A stretch of 63,772 bases of DNA, filler included, from Nemertoderma westbladi (lineage: Eukaryota > Animalia > Xenacoelomorpha): NCBI GenBank assembly GCA_032718475.1. It is 3 parts of 3 records of this genome, joined end to end, with 100 filler letters (N's around TTAATTAATTAA, not from the genome) between each part and the next. Parts side by side here need not be neighbours in the genome. Positions count along the whole stretch, not along the records: positions 23,037 to 46,471 come from JAUCBJ010007000.1; positions 46,572 to 63,772 come from JAUCBJ010008449.1; 1 more part is not named here. The stretch is one strand, 5' to 3'. How positions within the stretch are numbered: position 1 is the first letter of the stretch; each line of letters starts with the position of its first letter. This document shows, in pieces, positions 38,101-51,771 of this stretch. The notes below the pieces were generated by a model. The model had not been told where the DNA came from, searched no databases, and saw nothing but the letters and a program-made list of their open reading frames with translations. Made by a program: the position numbers and the translations under genes.

Positions 38101-41100
38101 CTTTGCCATTACGGCACCATTACCCACCTGTACTTTGCCATTACGGCACCATTACCCACCCGTACTTTGCCATTACGGCACCATTACCCACCTGTACTTT
38201 GCCATTACGGCACCATTACCCACCCGTACTTTGCCATTACGGCACCATTACCCACCTGTACTTTGCCATTACGGCACCATTACCCACCCGTACTTTGCCA
38301 TTACGGCACCATTACCCACTCTGTACTTTGCCAATACGGCACCATTACCCACCTGTACTTTACCATTACGGCACCATTACCCACTCTGTACTTTGCCATT
38401 ACGGCACCATTACACACACTTGTACTTTGCCATTACGGCACCATTACCCACCTGTACTTTGCCATTACGGCACCATTACCCACCCGTACTTTGCCATTAC
38501 GGCACCATTACCCACCTGTACTTTGCCATTACGGCACCATTACCCACCCGTACTTTGCCATTACGGCACCATTACCCACCTGTACTTTGCCATTACGGCA
38601 CCATTACCCACCCGTACTTTGCCATTACGGCACCATTACCCACCTGTACTTTGCCATTACGGCACCATTACCCACCCGTACTTTGCCATTACGGCACCAT
38701 TACCCACCTGTACTTTACCATTACGGCACCATTACCCACTCTGTACTTTGCCATTACGGCACCATTACACACACTTGTACTTTGCCATTACGGCACCATT
38801 ACCCACCTGTACTTTGCCATTACGGCACCATTACCCACCCGTACTTTGCCATTACGGCACCATTACCCACCTGTACTTTGCCATTACGGCACCATTACCC
38901 ACCCGTACTTTGCCATTACGGCACCATTACCCACCTGTACTTTGCCATTACGGCACCATTACCCACCCGTACTTTGCCATTACGGCACCATTACCCACTC
39001 TGTACTTTGCCAATACGGCACCATTACCCACCTGTACTTTGCCATTACGGCACCATTACCCACTCTGTACTTTGCCAATACGGCACCATTACCCACTCTG
39101 TACTTTGCCATTACGGCACCATTACCCACTCTGTACTTTGCCATTACGGCACCATTACCCACCTGTACTTTGCCATTACGGCACCATTACCCACCTGTAC
39201 TTTGCCATTACGGCACCATTACCCACCCGTACTTTGCCATTACGGCACCATTACCCACTCTGTACTTTGCCATTACGGCACCATTACCCACTCTGTACTT
39301 TGCCATTACGGCACCATTACCCACCTGTACTTTGCCATTACGGCACCATTACCCACCTGTACTTTGCCATTACGGCACCATTACCCACCCGTACTTTGCC
39401 ATTACGGCACCATTACCCACTCTGTACTTTGCCATTACGGCACCATTACCCACTCTGTACTTTGCCATTACGGCACCATTACCCACTCTGTACTTTGCCA
39501 TTACGGCACCATTACCCACTCTGTACTTTGCCATTACGGCACCATTACCCACCCGTACTTTGCCATTACGGCACCATTACCCACTCTGTACTTTGCCATT
39601 ACGGCACCATTACCCACTCTGTACTTTGCCATTACGGCACCATTACCCACTCTGTACTTTGCCATTACGGCACCATTACCCACTCTGTACTTTGCCATTA
39701 CGGCACCATTACCCACCCGTACTTTGCCATTACGGCACCATTACCCACTCTGTACTTTGCCATTACGGCACCATTACCCACTCTGTACTTTGCCATTACG
39801 GCACCATTACCCACCTGTACTTTGCCATTACGGCACCATTACCCACCCGTACTTTGCCATTACGGCACCATTACCCACTCTGTACTTTGCCATTACGGCA
39901 CCATTACCCACTCTGTACTTTGCCATTACGGCACCATTACCCACCTGTACTTTGCCATTACGGCACCATTACCCACCCGTACTTTGCCATTACGGCACCA
40001 TTACCCACTCTGTACTTTGCCATTACGGCACCATTACCCACTCTGTACTTTGCCATTACGGCACCATTACCCACTCTGTACTTTGCCATTACGGCACCAT
40101 TACCCACCTGTACTTTGCCATTACGGCACCATTACCCACCCGTACTTTGCCATTACGGCACCATTACCCACTCTGTACTTTGCCATTACGGCACCATTAC
40201 CCACTCTGTACTTGGCCATTACGGCACCATTACCCACCTGTACTTGACCATTACGGCACCATTACCCACCTGTACTTGGCCATTACGGCACCATTACCCA
40301 CCTGTACTTTGCCATTACGGCACCATTACCCACCTGTACTTTGCCATTACGGCACCATTACCCACCCGTACTTTGCCATTACGGCACCATTACCCACTCT
40401 GTACTTTGCCATTACGGCACCATTACCCACTCTGTACTTTGCCATTACGGCATCATTACCCACTCTGTACTTTGCCATTACGGCACCATTACCCACCTGT
40501 ACTTTGCCATTACGGCACCATTACCCACCCGTACTTTGCCATTACGGCACCATTACCCACTCTGTACTTTGCCATTACGGCACCATTACCCACTCTGTAC
40601 TTGGCCATTACGGCACCATTACCCACCTGTACTTGGCCATTACGGCACCATTACCCACCTGTACTTGGCCATTACGGCACCATTACCCACTCTGTACTTG
40701 GCCATTACGGCACCATTACCCACCTGTACTTGGCCATTACGGCACCATTACCCACCTGTACTTGGCCATTACGGCACCATTACCCACCTGTACTTGGCCA
40801 TTACGGCACCATTACCCACCTGTACTTGGCCATTACGGCACCATTACCTACCTGTACTTTGCCATTACGGCACCATTACCCACTCTGTACATTGCCATTA
40901 CGGCACCATTACCCACTCTGTACTTTGCCATTACGGCACCATTACCCACTCTGTACTTTGCCATTACGGCACCATTACCCACTCTGTACTTTGGCATTAC
41001 GGCACCATTACCCACCCGTACTTTGCCATTACGGCACCATTACCCACCTGTACTTTGCCATTACGGCACCATTACCCACCCGTACTTTGCCATTACGGCA

Positions 41101-42218
41101 CCATTACCCACTCTGTACTTTGCCATTACGGCACCATTACCCACTCTGTACTTTGCCATTACGGCACCATTACCCACTCTGTACTTTGCCATTACGGCAC
41201 CATTACCCACTCTGTACTTTGCCATTACGGCACCATTACCCACTCTGTACTTTGGCATTACGGCACCATTACCCACTCTGTACTTTGCCATTACGGCACC
41301 ATTACCCACCTGTACTTTGCCATTACGGCACCATTACCCACTCTGTACTTTGCCATTACGGCACCATTACCCACCTGTACTTTGCCATTACGGCACCATT
41401 ACCCACCCGTACTTTGCCATTACGGCACCATTACTAACCTGTACTTTGCCATTACGGCACCATTACACACACTTGTACTTTGCCATTACGGCACCATTAC
41501 CCACTCTGTACTTTGCCATTACGGCACCATTACCCACCTGTACTTTGCCATTACGGCACCATTACCCACTCTGTACTTTGCCATTACGGCACCATTACCC
41601 ACTCTGTACTTTGCCATTACGGCACCATTACCCACATGTACTTGGCCATTACGGCACCATTACTAACCTGTACTTGGCCAATACGGCACCATTACCCACT
41701 CTGTACTTTGCCATTACGGCACCATTACCCACCTGTACTTTGCCATTACGGCACCATTACCCACTCTGTACTTTGCCATTACGGCACCATTACCCACTCT
41801 GTACTTTGCCATTACGGCACCATTACCCACCCGTACTTTGCCATTACGGCACCATTACTAACCTGTACTTTGCCATTACGGCACCATTACCCACTCTGTA
41901 GTTTGCCATTACGGCACCATTACCCACATGTACTTTGCCATTACGACACCATTACCCACATGTACTTTGCCATTACGACACCAATACCCACTCTGTACTT
42001 TGCCATTACGGCACCATTACCCACCTGTACTTTGCCATTACGGCACCATTACCCACATGTACTTTGCCATTACGGCACCATTACCCACTCTGTACTTTGC
42101 CATTACGGCACCATTACTCACCCGTACTTTGCCATTACGGCACCATTACCCACTCTGTACTTTGCCATTATGGCACCATTACCCACCTGTACTTTGCCAT
42201 TACGGCAACAATACCCAC
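35115..42218. repeat. 32/33-bp minisatellite, ~7.1 kb (about 215-220 units); decayed units also at 32710-32919
   Basis: Unit gtactttgccattacggcaccattacccac(ct/tct/cc). Confidence 0.98.
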
Positions 42219-42762
42219 CTGTGCGTTAACCTTGGCGTTGATTTGCGAATTCATTTTCCCGGTGGTTCGAAGTAACTCGGGCGCTGTCCACAGCCGCCTA
42301 TAGTAGTACTGATGTGCCGATACCGGTATATCCTCATCGGTACGAGATCGCCAAGTTGAGTGACTCAGAGACAGCAGCCCGAAGTCGGTGACCTTGCAGA
42401 CAAACCGAGAGTCGACCACGCAGTTGGTGGACTTGAGGTTGCCATGGGAACCTATGACGCTAGCGTGCAGGTAGTGGACTCCTTTGGCAATGTCTTGCAT
42501 TAACGAGTAACGGAACAACCAGTCTAGATTGATCGAAGAGTTCTCCAATAAATCTCGTAGACTGCCTTTAGAGCAGTACTCTATTAACAGACAGGAGTTA
42601 CCTGGGTCTATGCACGCCCCTATAAATCTCGAAACGTTTCTATGGGACAGGTCGTGCATGTTCTTTAGTAAGATCAACATATCTCTGTTTAGTTCGATTT
42701 TGTACTGACGAAGCATTTTGATCGCGAGTAGGTTGCCTTTAAAGCGAGCAGTGCGAATGAAT
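42219..42762 (-). CDS. Receptor guanylyl cyclase exon (kinase-homology domain, N-terminal part)
   Basis: FIRTARFKGNLLAIK..RFIGAC..EYCSKGSL..HGNLKSTNCVVDSRFVCKVTDFGL..LWTAPELLR..NAQ, splicing in frame to KADVYSF; TTTTCTTCGCAG acceptor, CAG/GTGGGT donor. Confidence 0.96.
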
Positions 42763-42934
42763 CTGCGAAGAAAACCATAATTAGTTTATGTTTTACACTG
42801 CACATTAGTCGAGACGATATTAATTATGATGATTAATTGTCTAAGAAAACAGTTTACGACGTAGATTTTCGCGTGAATAATAATACAATATTGTCAATAT
42901 TGAAAGGGAGAATGAATCTTGTAGACTCGTTAAG

Positions 42935-44630
42935 CCAAGGAATGCCTGTTCACCACCATGGGAGATCTTCCACAGTAAACCCTTCCACTCTATTTCCTAA
43001 AGGAATGCCTGTTCACCACAATGGGTGATCTTCCATAGTAAACCCTTCCACTTTGTTTCCTAAAGGAATGCCTGTTCACCACCATAGGTGATCTTCCACA
43101 GTAAACCCGTCCACTCTGTTTCCTAAAGGAATGCCTGTTCACCACCATAGGTGATCTTCCATAGAGTAAACCCTCCCACTCTGTTTCCTAAAGGAATGCC
43201 TGTTCACCACAATGGGTGATCTTCCACAGTAAACCCTTCCACTCTGTTTCCTAAAGGAATGCCTGTTCGCCACCATGGGTGATCTTCCACAGTAAACCCT
43301 TCCACTCTGTTTCCTAAAGGAATGCCTGTTCACCACCATGGGTGATCTTCCACAGTAAACCCTCCCACTCTGTTTCCTAAAGGAATGCCTGTTCACCACC
43401 ATGGGTGATCTTCCACAGTAAAGTAAACCCTTCCACTCTGTTTCCTAAAGGAATGCCTGTTCACCACCATGGGTGATCTTCCACAGTAAACTCTTCCACT
43501 CTGATCCCTAAAGGAATGCCTGTTCACCACCGTGGGTGATCTTCCACAGTAAACCCTTCCACTCTGTTTCCTAAAGGAATGCCTGTTCACCACCATGGGT
43601 GATCTTCCACAGTAAACCCTCCCACTCTGTTTCCTAAAGGAATGCCTGTTCACCACCATGGGTGATCTTCCACAGTAAAGTAAACCCTTCCACTCTGTTT
43701 CCTAAAGGAATGCCTGTTCACCACCATGGGTGATCTTCCACAGTAAACTCTTCCACTCTGATCCCTAAAGGAATGCCTGTTCACCACCATAGGTGATCTT
43801 TCACAGTAAACCCGTCCACTCTGTTTCCTAAAGGAATGCCTGTTCACCACAATAGGTGATCTTCCATAGAGTAAACCCTCCCACTCTGTTTCCTAAAGGA
43901 ATGCCTGTTCACCACAATGGGTGATCTTACACAGTAAACCCTTCCACTCTGTTTCCTAAAGGAATGCCTGTTCGCCACCATGGGTGATCTTCCACAGTAA
44001 ACCCTTCCACTCTGTTTCCTAAAGGAATGCCTGTTCACCACCATGGGTGATCTTCCACAGTAAACCCTCCCACTCTGTTTCCTAAAGGAATGCCTGTTCA
44101 CCACCATGGGTGATCTTCCACAGTAAAGTAAACCCTTCCACTCTGTTTCCTAAAGGAATGCCTGTTCACCACCATGGGTGATCTTCCACAGTAAACTCTT
44201 CCACTCTGATCCCTAAAGGAATGCCTGTTCACCACCGTGGGTGATCTTCCACAGTAAACCCTCCCACTCTGTTTCCTAAAGGAATGCCTGTTCACCACCA
44301 TGGGTGATCTTCCACAGTAAAGTAAACCCTTCCACTCTGTTTCCTAAAGGAATGCCTGTTCACCACCATGGGTGATCTTCCACAGTAAACTCTTCCACTC
44401 TGATCCCTAAAGGAATGCCTGTTCACCACCATGGGTGATCTTCCACAGTAAACCCTTCCACTCTGTTTCCTAAAGGAATGCCTGTTCACCACCATGGGTG
44501 ATCTTCCACAGTAAAGTAAACCCTTCCACTCTGATCCCTAAAGGAATGCCTGTTCACCACCATGGGTGATCTTCCACAGTAAACCCTTCCACTCTGTTTC
44601 CTATATAAATGCCTGTTCACCACCATGGAT
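42935..44630. repeat. 63-bp minisatellite, ~27 copies, with higher-order structure
   Basis: Unit aaggaatgcctgttcaccaccatgggtgatcttccacagtaaacccttccactctgtttccta; variant pattern repeats at a 705-bp offset. Confidence 0.97.
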
Positions 44631-45044
44631 GGGTGATCTATATAATTATGTTTATGATATATATTTTATAATGTTAACGAACCAGATATGTTGATATCTA
44701 TATACCATTTGAAAGAGCATACAATTCTGCAGAAGCACATATATTATGTATTGTTGTCCAATGTATCTAAGGTACGTCTATTAGTAAGAATAAGCATTAG
44801 ACATTATTATTGTGTGTGCCACCCCCCCCCCCCCCCCCCCCCCCCTCCCCATAATGGACCTGGTTAACTATGATGTTCAGCTCCAATCATAAAAACCCGG
44901 CTAGAATATGAACGAACCATTTTTCCCGAACCATTTTTCTTTTTGAAAAGGAAATTTCGCGGGCTTTTCAACTTGCCCAAACATTATAAAATATATACAA
45001 GTTGATTGAAATAAGAGATAAATGACATGCAGGAAATGTCCACC

Positions 45045-45265
45045 CTGTAATCCCCCCCCCCCCCCCCCCCCCCTGTAATGCTCTATACTCTCCTTATAAA
45101 ATATGTAGCCCCCCTGTAATGCGTCCCCCCTGTAATGCTCTATACTCTCCTTATAAAATATGAATATGTAGCCCCCCGTAATGCGTCCCCCCTGTAATGC
45201 TCTATCTCTCCTTATAAAATATGTAGCCCCCCTGTAATGCGTCCCCCCTGTAATGCTCTATACTA
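45045..45265. repeat. Short tandem repeat (~55-60 bp, ~4 copies)
   Basis: ccccctgtaatgctctatactctccttataaaatatgtagc. Confidence 0.85.
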
Positions 45266-45274
45266 TTGCTATAA

Positions 45275-46320
45275 GAAAATGGCATCCCTTTCAAGCTGGT
45301 CTATATATGTTATAGTCGGTCGTCCACGGGTACGCTTTCCATGAATTGGTTGCTAGAAAAGTAGATCTGGTATGACCTCGTCTTTACTTCGCCAGCAGTG
45401 CCCACTGGATCTTAATCTGCGTTCACGGAGGGTGGTTGATACATGTGGTATTGTACCATAAAGCTCGGCGTTTGTCATGTGTTGTCTCCAGCTGATGTTT
45501 AGGGCTGCCCTTAGTAGACTTGTGTAGCAACCATCAATTCGTTGTTCAAGTGATTTAGTCAGTGTCCAGGTCTCACCCCCGTATAAAAATACACTTTTCA
45601 CTATGGCTCGAAAGAACTTAGTCTTCAGGTGCCTGGAGAGATCTGATTTCCAGATGGTATTTTGATGAGTTGATTCAGATGAGTTGTTTTTTTTGTTGCT
45701 TTCCTAACTTCTATGTCCTTTTTGCTACTCTCTATCCATGATCCTAGGTACTGGAAGTCGTCGATTATTAGCAATTGTTGTCAAGTTTCCATTAACATTA
45801 AAAGTCATGAATTCGGTCTTGGTAACATTTATATGCAATCCAACCTCCTTAGCAGCCCTCTCCACTTTATTTAGTAGAAGCTGTGCATCTGCTAGCGTAT
45901 TAGAGAGCAGGGCGATGTCATCCGCAAAGTCGGTGTCTGTGACTGTAGTTGCCGGATATCTACTACTTCTGCGTTCTTGAAGTGTGAATCCCAGATCTTC
46001 ACCCTTTGTGGCCGTCCTCATTGCGTAATCCAGCACAATTACAAATAGTAATGGTGCTAATGTGTCACCTTGCAGTACGCCAGCCAGGATTGAGAAAAAC
46101 TCAGTTTCACCATCTGGTGAGAGTACCTGCGCTTCTGTGTCACAATTTAATAATCCAATTCCAGCAACGAGTACCTCTGGTATTCCATAAGCTCTTAGGA
46201 TTTCCAGCATTTTGCCTTTATGGATTGAGTCGAATGCCTTCTTGAAGTCCACAAAAGTCAGGACAGCGCGGAGATTCTTTGACTTAATTCCCTCAATCAG
46301 TCTCCGTAGAGCAAGTACAG
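45275..46320 (-). mobile_element. Decayed RTE family A copy
   Basis: ORFs 45725-46339 and 45353-45601 nearly match the 32853-35099 protein. Confidence 0.92.
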
Positions 46321-46471
46321 GGCTCCCGCCGGTGCACAATAAAATAAAAACGCGACGGGATCAAAATAACGCAGTGGACATTAAGAAAGAGAGAGAGGAA
46401 TGAGGGGGGCGGGGCTCCGTATTTTGAAAATTGTTAAATTTTATTGATCGTAACCTGTGCCGAATTTAATG

Positions 46472-46571
46472 NNNNNNNNNNNNNNNNNNNNNNNNNNNNN
46501 NNNNNNNNNNNNNNNTTAATTAATTAANNNNNNNNNNNNNNNNNNNNNNNNNNNNNNNNNNNNNNNNNNNN
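46472..46571. other. Assembly spacer (44 N + TTAATTAATTAA + 44 N)
   Basis: Same linker as 22937-23036. Confidence 0.98.
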
Positions 46572-46932
46572 CGATCTTCACTGATTTTAGTCACATATAA
46601 AAGGAACACAGGCTGACTCATGTAGGGTCTATCAAATAACATTAGATTCACTTCAAACCACTTTAACATAAGTCACAATCGTTATTGGTAACCTTTCTCT
46701 CTTACCTTCGGTATATCAAGAATATTGGGTTTCGGGGTTATTTATCGTTATTCCAAATATAATAATTCATCAACCATATTATGAAGAACTGACAGTAAAT
46801 AGCAGTAGAGAACAACAACTGAACACTGATTGTTATGAGTTTGCAATGTTTCAGCAGTCAGGATGTATGATCAGTCATCAGTAGTCGTTAGGTAGTTAAA
46901 GGATATATGCCCTTTATAATTAAACCTACTAG
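46572..46932 (-). mobile_element. Fourth LTR, left piece (split by an 11.9-kb insertion)
   Basis: Collinear with 17581-17920. Confidence 0.85.
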
Positions 46933-47817
46933 CCCTGATAACAATTGCATGTTATTTTAACGTTTATATCACATTTTTATTGAACATGGCAAACGTTTGA
47001 AAAAACGTTTGCGACACGTCCAGAAATAGGTAATTTTCATGTTATTTTGTCCAAGCGGGTGGCATGTAATAAACATTTAGAAGTAAACGTGTAAATAGCA
47101 TGAAACAAACGTTACCCAATCGCCGGTTCTTTATGACGTTTGAATTAAACGTGTGTCTAGCATGTGTAACTAACGTGAATCATGCGTCGGTTCTTTCGAA
47201 ATTGCTTGGAAATATACGTTTTTTTAATGCAAAGAAAACGTTTGTTTTAAACGTTGTAAATCGTTATTCTCTAAACTAATTTGGTCATCCATTGATTCGA
47301 CCACCGGATTGTTCCCATGGTATGCAATTGTTCGAATTAAGAAGATAATTTATGTGTAAAACATGAATATTATTAAGCACAAGGTAGTAGTAGCCAGTAC
47401 AGCACAACTTAACCACCTAAAAACTAGTGTTATTGTTCACAATAACAACAACACCTATTAAACAAATGAACTGCATTGCACAAACTTTAAGTAAAATTGT
47501 ACTGTATATACAAAAATGAAACAAAATTCCATTTGAACTGTAATAATATAGACCAACCGCAGCCTTCTTTAACGCTATTTGGCCTGGGGGGGGGGGGGGG
47601 GGGTGGGTGGGTGAGGGTCATTTAAATTTTTTTGAAATTAATCTGTATCTTTGAAACAGATATGTTGTGAAAACCGAGATTCTGTGACTTTTCCTAAAAT
47701 TTTATGGGCTATCCATCAGAGCACAAAGGAAATTATTATCCAATATTGAAATATAATAAATAGTTGCAAAAATTTCCCTGTTCACTTCAATGTTCCAAAA
47801 TTGGAGACAAGGGGGGT

Positions 47818-48034
47818 AACTGGACGCAAAACCCGCCTTGGCGAATTAATATCCCGCCTCAATGTTAAATTCTTAATTTAGGGAAAGGAGCAGGTTACAG
47901 TGGCACATTATTTTAACCAAAACAATAAACTAAGCACAATAGATTAGGTTACAGTTTTATTTTTGAGAGAAATCATCTGTTATTTGCGTCGAATTTCCCC
48001 TGGAGAGGGATGAATTTTTATTGCGTCCAGTTCC
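47818..48034. mobile_element. MITE with AACTGGACGCAA TIRs; related copies at ~61760-61872, ~62890-62980 and 63607-63772
   Basis: AACTGGACGCAA / TTGCGTCCAGTT; shared body ttaatatcccgcctcaatg...agggaaaggagcaggttacagtg. Confidence 0.8.
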
Positions 48035-48245
48035 GTCGATATCACTGAATCCGGAGTCCGTTCCGCCAAGGATCTGTCGATATCACTGAATCCGGAGTCC
48101 GTTCCACCAAGGATCCGTCGATATCACTGAATCCGGAGTCCGTTCCGCCAAGGATCCGTCGATATCACTGAATCCGGAGTCCGTTCCACCAAGGATCCGT
48201 CGATATCACTGAATCCGGAGTCCGTTCCACCAAGGATATCCGTCG
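48032..48245. repeat. 41-bp tandem repeat, ~5 copies
   Basis: tccgtcgatatcactgaatccggagtccgttcc(g/a)ccaagga. Confidence 0.95.
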
Positions 48246-48409
48246 CTAGCAAAGTGGAATAACTTTCCCGTATCTTGGATCTGGAAAATTAATTTATTTA
48301 TGTGTTAAAAAAATATAAGGCTCGGACTACGATTATATTAGACTAAGACTTCATCATCTACAATAAATTATCTACTAGATGTAAACCTAAATAAAAATAA
48401 ATGGGGAAT

Positions 48410-49420
48410 TGTTGAGTGGCTGTCGCTGTGACATAGCGTTGGGTGGCCAGCGTTGGGTGACTGTGACACAGCGTTGGGTGGCCAGCGATGGGTGGCCAGC
48501 GTTGGGTGACTGTGACATAGCGTTGGGTGGCTGTGGCATAGCATTGAGTGGCTGTGGCATAGCGTTGATTAGCTGTGACATAGCGTTGGGTGGCTAGCGT
48601 TGATTGGCTGTGACATAGCGTTGAGTGGCTGTGACATAGCGTTGAGTAACTGTGACATAGCGTTGAGTGGCTGTGACATAGCTTTGAGTGGCTGTGACAA
48701 AGCATTGAGCGGCTGTGACGCATTGAGCGGCTGTGACATAGCATTGAGCGGCTGTGACATAGCGTTGGGTGGCTGTGGCATAGCATTGAGTGGATGTGAC
48801 ATAGCGTTGATTGGCTGTGACATAGCGTTGAGTGGCTCCGACATAGCTTTGAGTGGCTGTGACATAGCTTTGAGTGGCTGTGACAAAGCATTGAGCGGCT
48901 GTGACATATCATTGAGTGGCTGTGACATAGCGTTGATTGGCTGTGACATAGCGTTGGGTGGCTAGCGTTGATTGGCTGTGACATAGCGTTGAGTGGCTGT
49001 GACATAGCATTGAGCGGCTGTGACATAGCGTTGGGTGGCTGTGGCATAGCATTGAGTGGCTGTGACATAGCGTTGATTGGCTGTGACATAGCGTTGAGTG
49101 GCTTGGCTGTGACATAGCTTTGAGTGGCTGTGACAAAGCATTGAGCGGCTGTGACATATCATTGAGTGGCTGTGACATGCGTTGATTGGCTGTGACATAG
49201 CGTTGGGTGGCTAGCGTTGATTGGCTGTGACATAGCGTTGAGTGGCTGTGACATAGCGTTGAGTAACTGTGACATAGCGTTGAGTGGCTGTGACATAGCA
49301 TTGAGTGGTTGTGACATTGCATTGAGTGGCTGTGACATGGCATTGAGCGCCTGTGAGATAGCGTTGAGTGGCTGTGACATAGCATTGAGTGGTTGTAACA
49401 TAGCTTTGAGTGGCTGTGAC
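48410..49420. repeat. 21-bp minisatellite (minus frame SQPLNAM repeats, frameshifted)
   Basis: Unit gctgtgacatagcgttgagtg. Confidence 0.95.
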
Positions 49421-49636
49421 TTCTGTCTCGCCCAACTTCTGTCTCTGCTTCCAAAAGTATAAAATAGCGTCTCGATATATAAAACATCGAGACTGGAAAA
49501 TATTTCGAGAAAATATCGCCATGGGATATATAGTGGTAGCTTGGTGAAAGGGTTTGGTTAGGTAAGTCTAGAGTTTAGTGTTGTCTTAGAATAGGGTTTG
49601 GTTGTAGATAGAGGGAGAGGCGGTATCACAACTCAC

Positions 49637-49737
49637 CTCTGAGTATCAATGATCAACGTATTGTTAGTTGTCTGGGTAATCAGTGTGAGTATCGTATTGG
49701 AAACATGATTGGATTCATTGTCGCTCATATATTCCAC
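49637..49737 (-). pseudogene. Exon of a putative transposon cargo gene
   Basis: TCATTTTAG acceptor, AG/GTGAGT donor, open frame VEYMSDNESNHVSNTILTLITQTTNNTLIIDTQ. Confidence 0.55.
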
Positions 49738-50689
49738 CTAAAATGATAATAATATATATACATATAGCATTGGAGCAATTAGATCAACGTGCACAAGTCA
49801 CCACAACCCATCACAGACTGTTTCACATTACCACTGCACTGGGGACTGGTTTATAAAGAGGAAATGAGTAAAAAATAAAGCAAACATTTACTTACCTACC
49901 ATAGATAGCCAGAGTAAGGCATGTTTTATTTTAAATTACAGTTTAAGCATATGCACGATCTGACGATTTATAAACGGCCCAAAGTACCAAGTGGGCCTAA
50001 CCTAACAGCAAGGCCTAGTACAGTAGTAGTAAGTAAAATAATAACCTCATCGCCAGAATCTGATGTGTATCTTTAGCTGGCTGCCTGGGACCGCATGCTG
50101 GCATGTGTAATTTACTTCCGACCGCCGGCGCTTTTTCCCTCTATTTGATCCAAATAGATTACAGGATTAGGATTTTAATCACTTGAATCACTGAAATAAC
50201 GATGTGTAAGAAGCCTATTCAAGTTCAATACAAACCTGTTAAGTGAAGAACCTTCGCATTAAATGTGGGCCAACTTGACAGTTGACAGAAGATCTGGATT
50301 CGAAAATTCTTTCCAACGTACCGCTGTACCGGTAGTAGGCCGGCATTTCGAGGAGGCCATAATATTTTTCCAGTCAGCCAGTCTGCCAGTGCAGCCCTTG
50401 CCGCTGTTTGATTGATTGATTGAATTTTTTCCCATATAAAAATACATACTGCACAATACTGAAATAATATATATAAATCACAATTTACCGGTAATTTATT
50501 TTACATTGTTTTATGTAAATTATGTAAATTAATGGATGGTAATACATGTTTGAAATTATATAATAAAATTGTCTTGCCTAGGTATCATAAATGGTCTAAC
50601 TCTGTACAGTAGTTTACAATAAATCACGTGTATATACATACATTAAACTTGAAATAAAATAAAATTTACAGTTTAAAATATATCTGTTA

Positions 50690-51100
50690 CGTAGCTACAG
50701 TTTAAAAAGTAGTATCACATACGTACAGTAAAATGTATTTAACAAGGTACAATAAAATACGAACACGTAGTTTAAAACTTATCACATATTATGTATAGTA
50801 AAATTAACTCGGAGTATCAGTACGTAACTACAGTTTAAAAAGTAGTATCACATATATACAATGAAATTTATTTAACAAGGTACAATAAAATTTATTTAAC
50901 AAGGTACAATAAAATACGAACACATAGTTTAAAACTTATCACATATGTACAGTAAAATTAACTCGGAGTCTCAGTATAATTTTATACAATAAAACAAGGT
51001 ATACAAAATAAAACAAGGTAGACAAAAATAAAACAAGGTAGACAAAATAAAACAAGGTAGACATCAATAAAACAAGGTAGACAAAAATAAAACAAGTAGA
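50690..51100. repeat. ~130-bp duplication followed by ~20-bp AAAATAAAACAAGGTAGAC repeats
   Basis: ctacagtttaaaaagtagtatcacat at 50696 and 50828; five short units at 50985-51100. Confidence 0.8.
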
Positions 51101-51771
51101 ATAAATATAATAAATACGATATACCCGTCAGATGAACTGACCAGCTGACTGCCGCTACGTACACATACAGTACTGGTCAGCTATTGTAGGCCTAAATTTT
51201 ATATATGAATTTTATATATATTTTATATATTTTATGATATATTTTGAGTTCACTACTACAATAAACTGATATACGTATATTTCGCGACCAACATTGATAA
51301 ATTACGGCTGATACCGCAACACATTCGTGAAAGAAGTGCCGACGAAATTGATCTCAGGATGAGTCACAGTCAATCAACCACCACTGGGACAAATAAAACA
51401 TTCGACTCGACGATTCAACGCCTCTCTGTAGGTGAGAAACGCAACCCTTCTCCAACACCCAAAAATGGTAAACACAAATCCAACACAACAACTATATCCT
51501 CAAAGAAATTCGTGCGCACAAGTGTGGAATGTTCCTCCTGCACAACAGTGTGGACGGAAATCACTACACCTATAGATGCATCTAAACAAAACGACCTAGC
51601 AACCAAAACATTTTTATGTGGGTTCTGTGCAGCTGTTCGGATTTCCACACTTGAGGAAACAATTATACAACTGGGTAAGGAATTTGAATCCTCAAAAACA
51701 TATGTTAATGATGAACTTCGCGTTCTAACTGAGTCTGATGTTGATAATAAAGTTATCCTAGGCACTGACTT

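Noticed and set aside
34996-42303. Very long ORFs (up to 1762 aa) in all three plus frames
   Set aside because: Artefact of a stop-free 32/33-bp repeat; the same peptides cycle through frames, antisense within an intron.
35115-44630. CRISPR-like arrays
   Set aside because: Head-to-tail repeats without unique spacers; eukaryotic context; no cas genes.
48200-48280. RESYSTLLATD as the guanylyl cyclase juxtamembrane phosphorylation exon
   Set aside because: Only a weak resemblance; it lies inside the EnSpm-type element on another block and has no donor.
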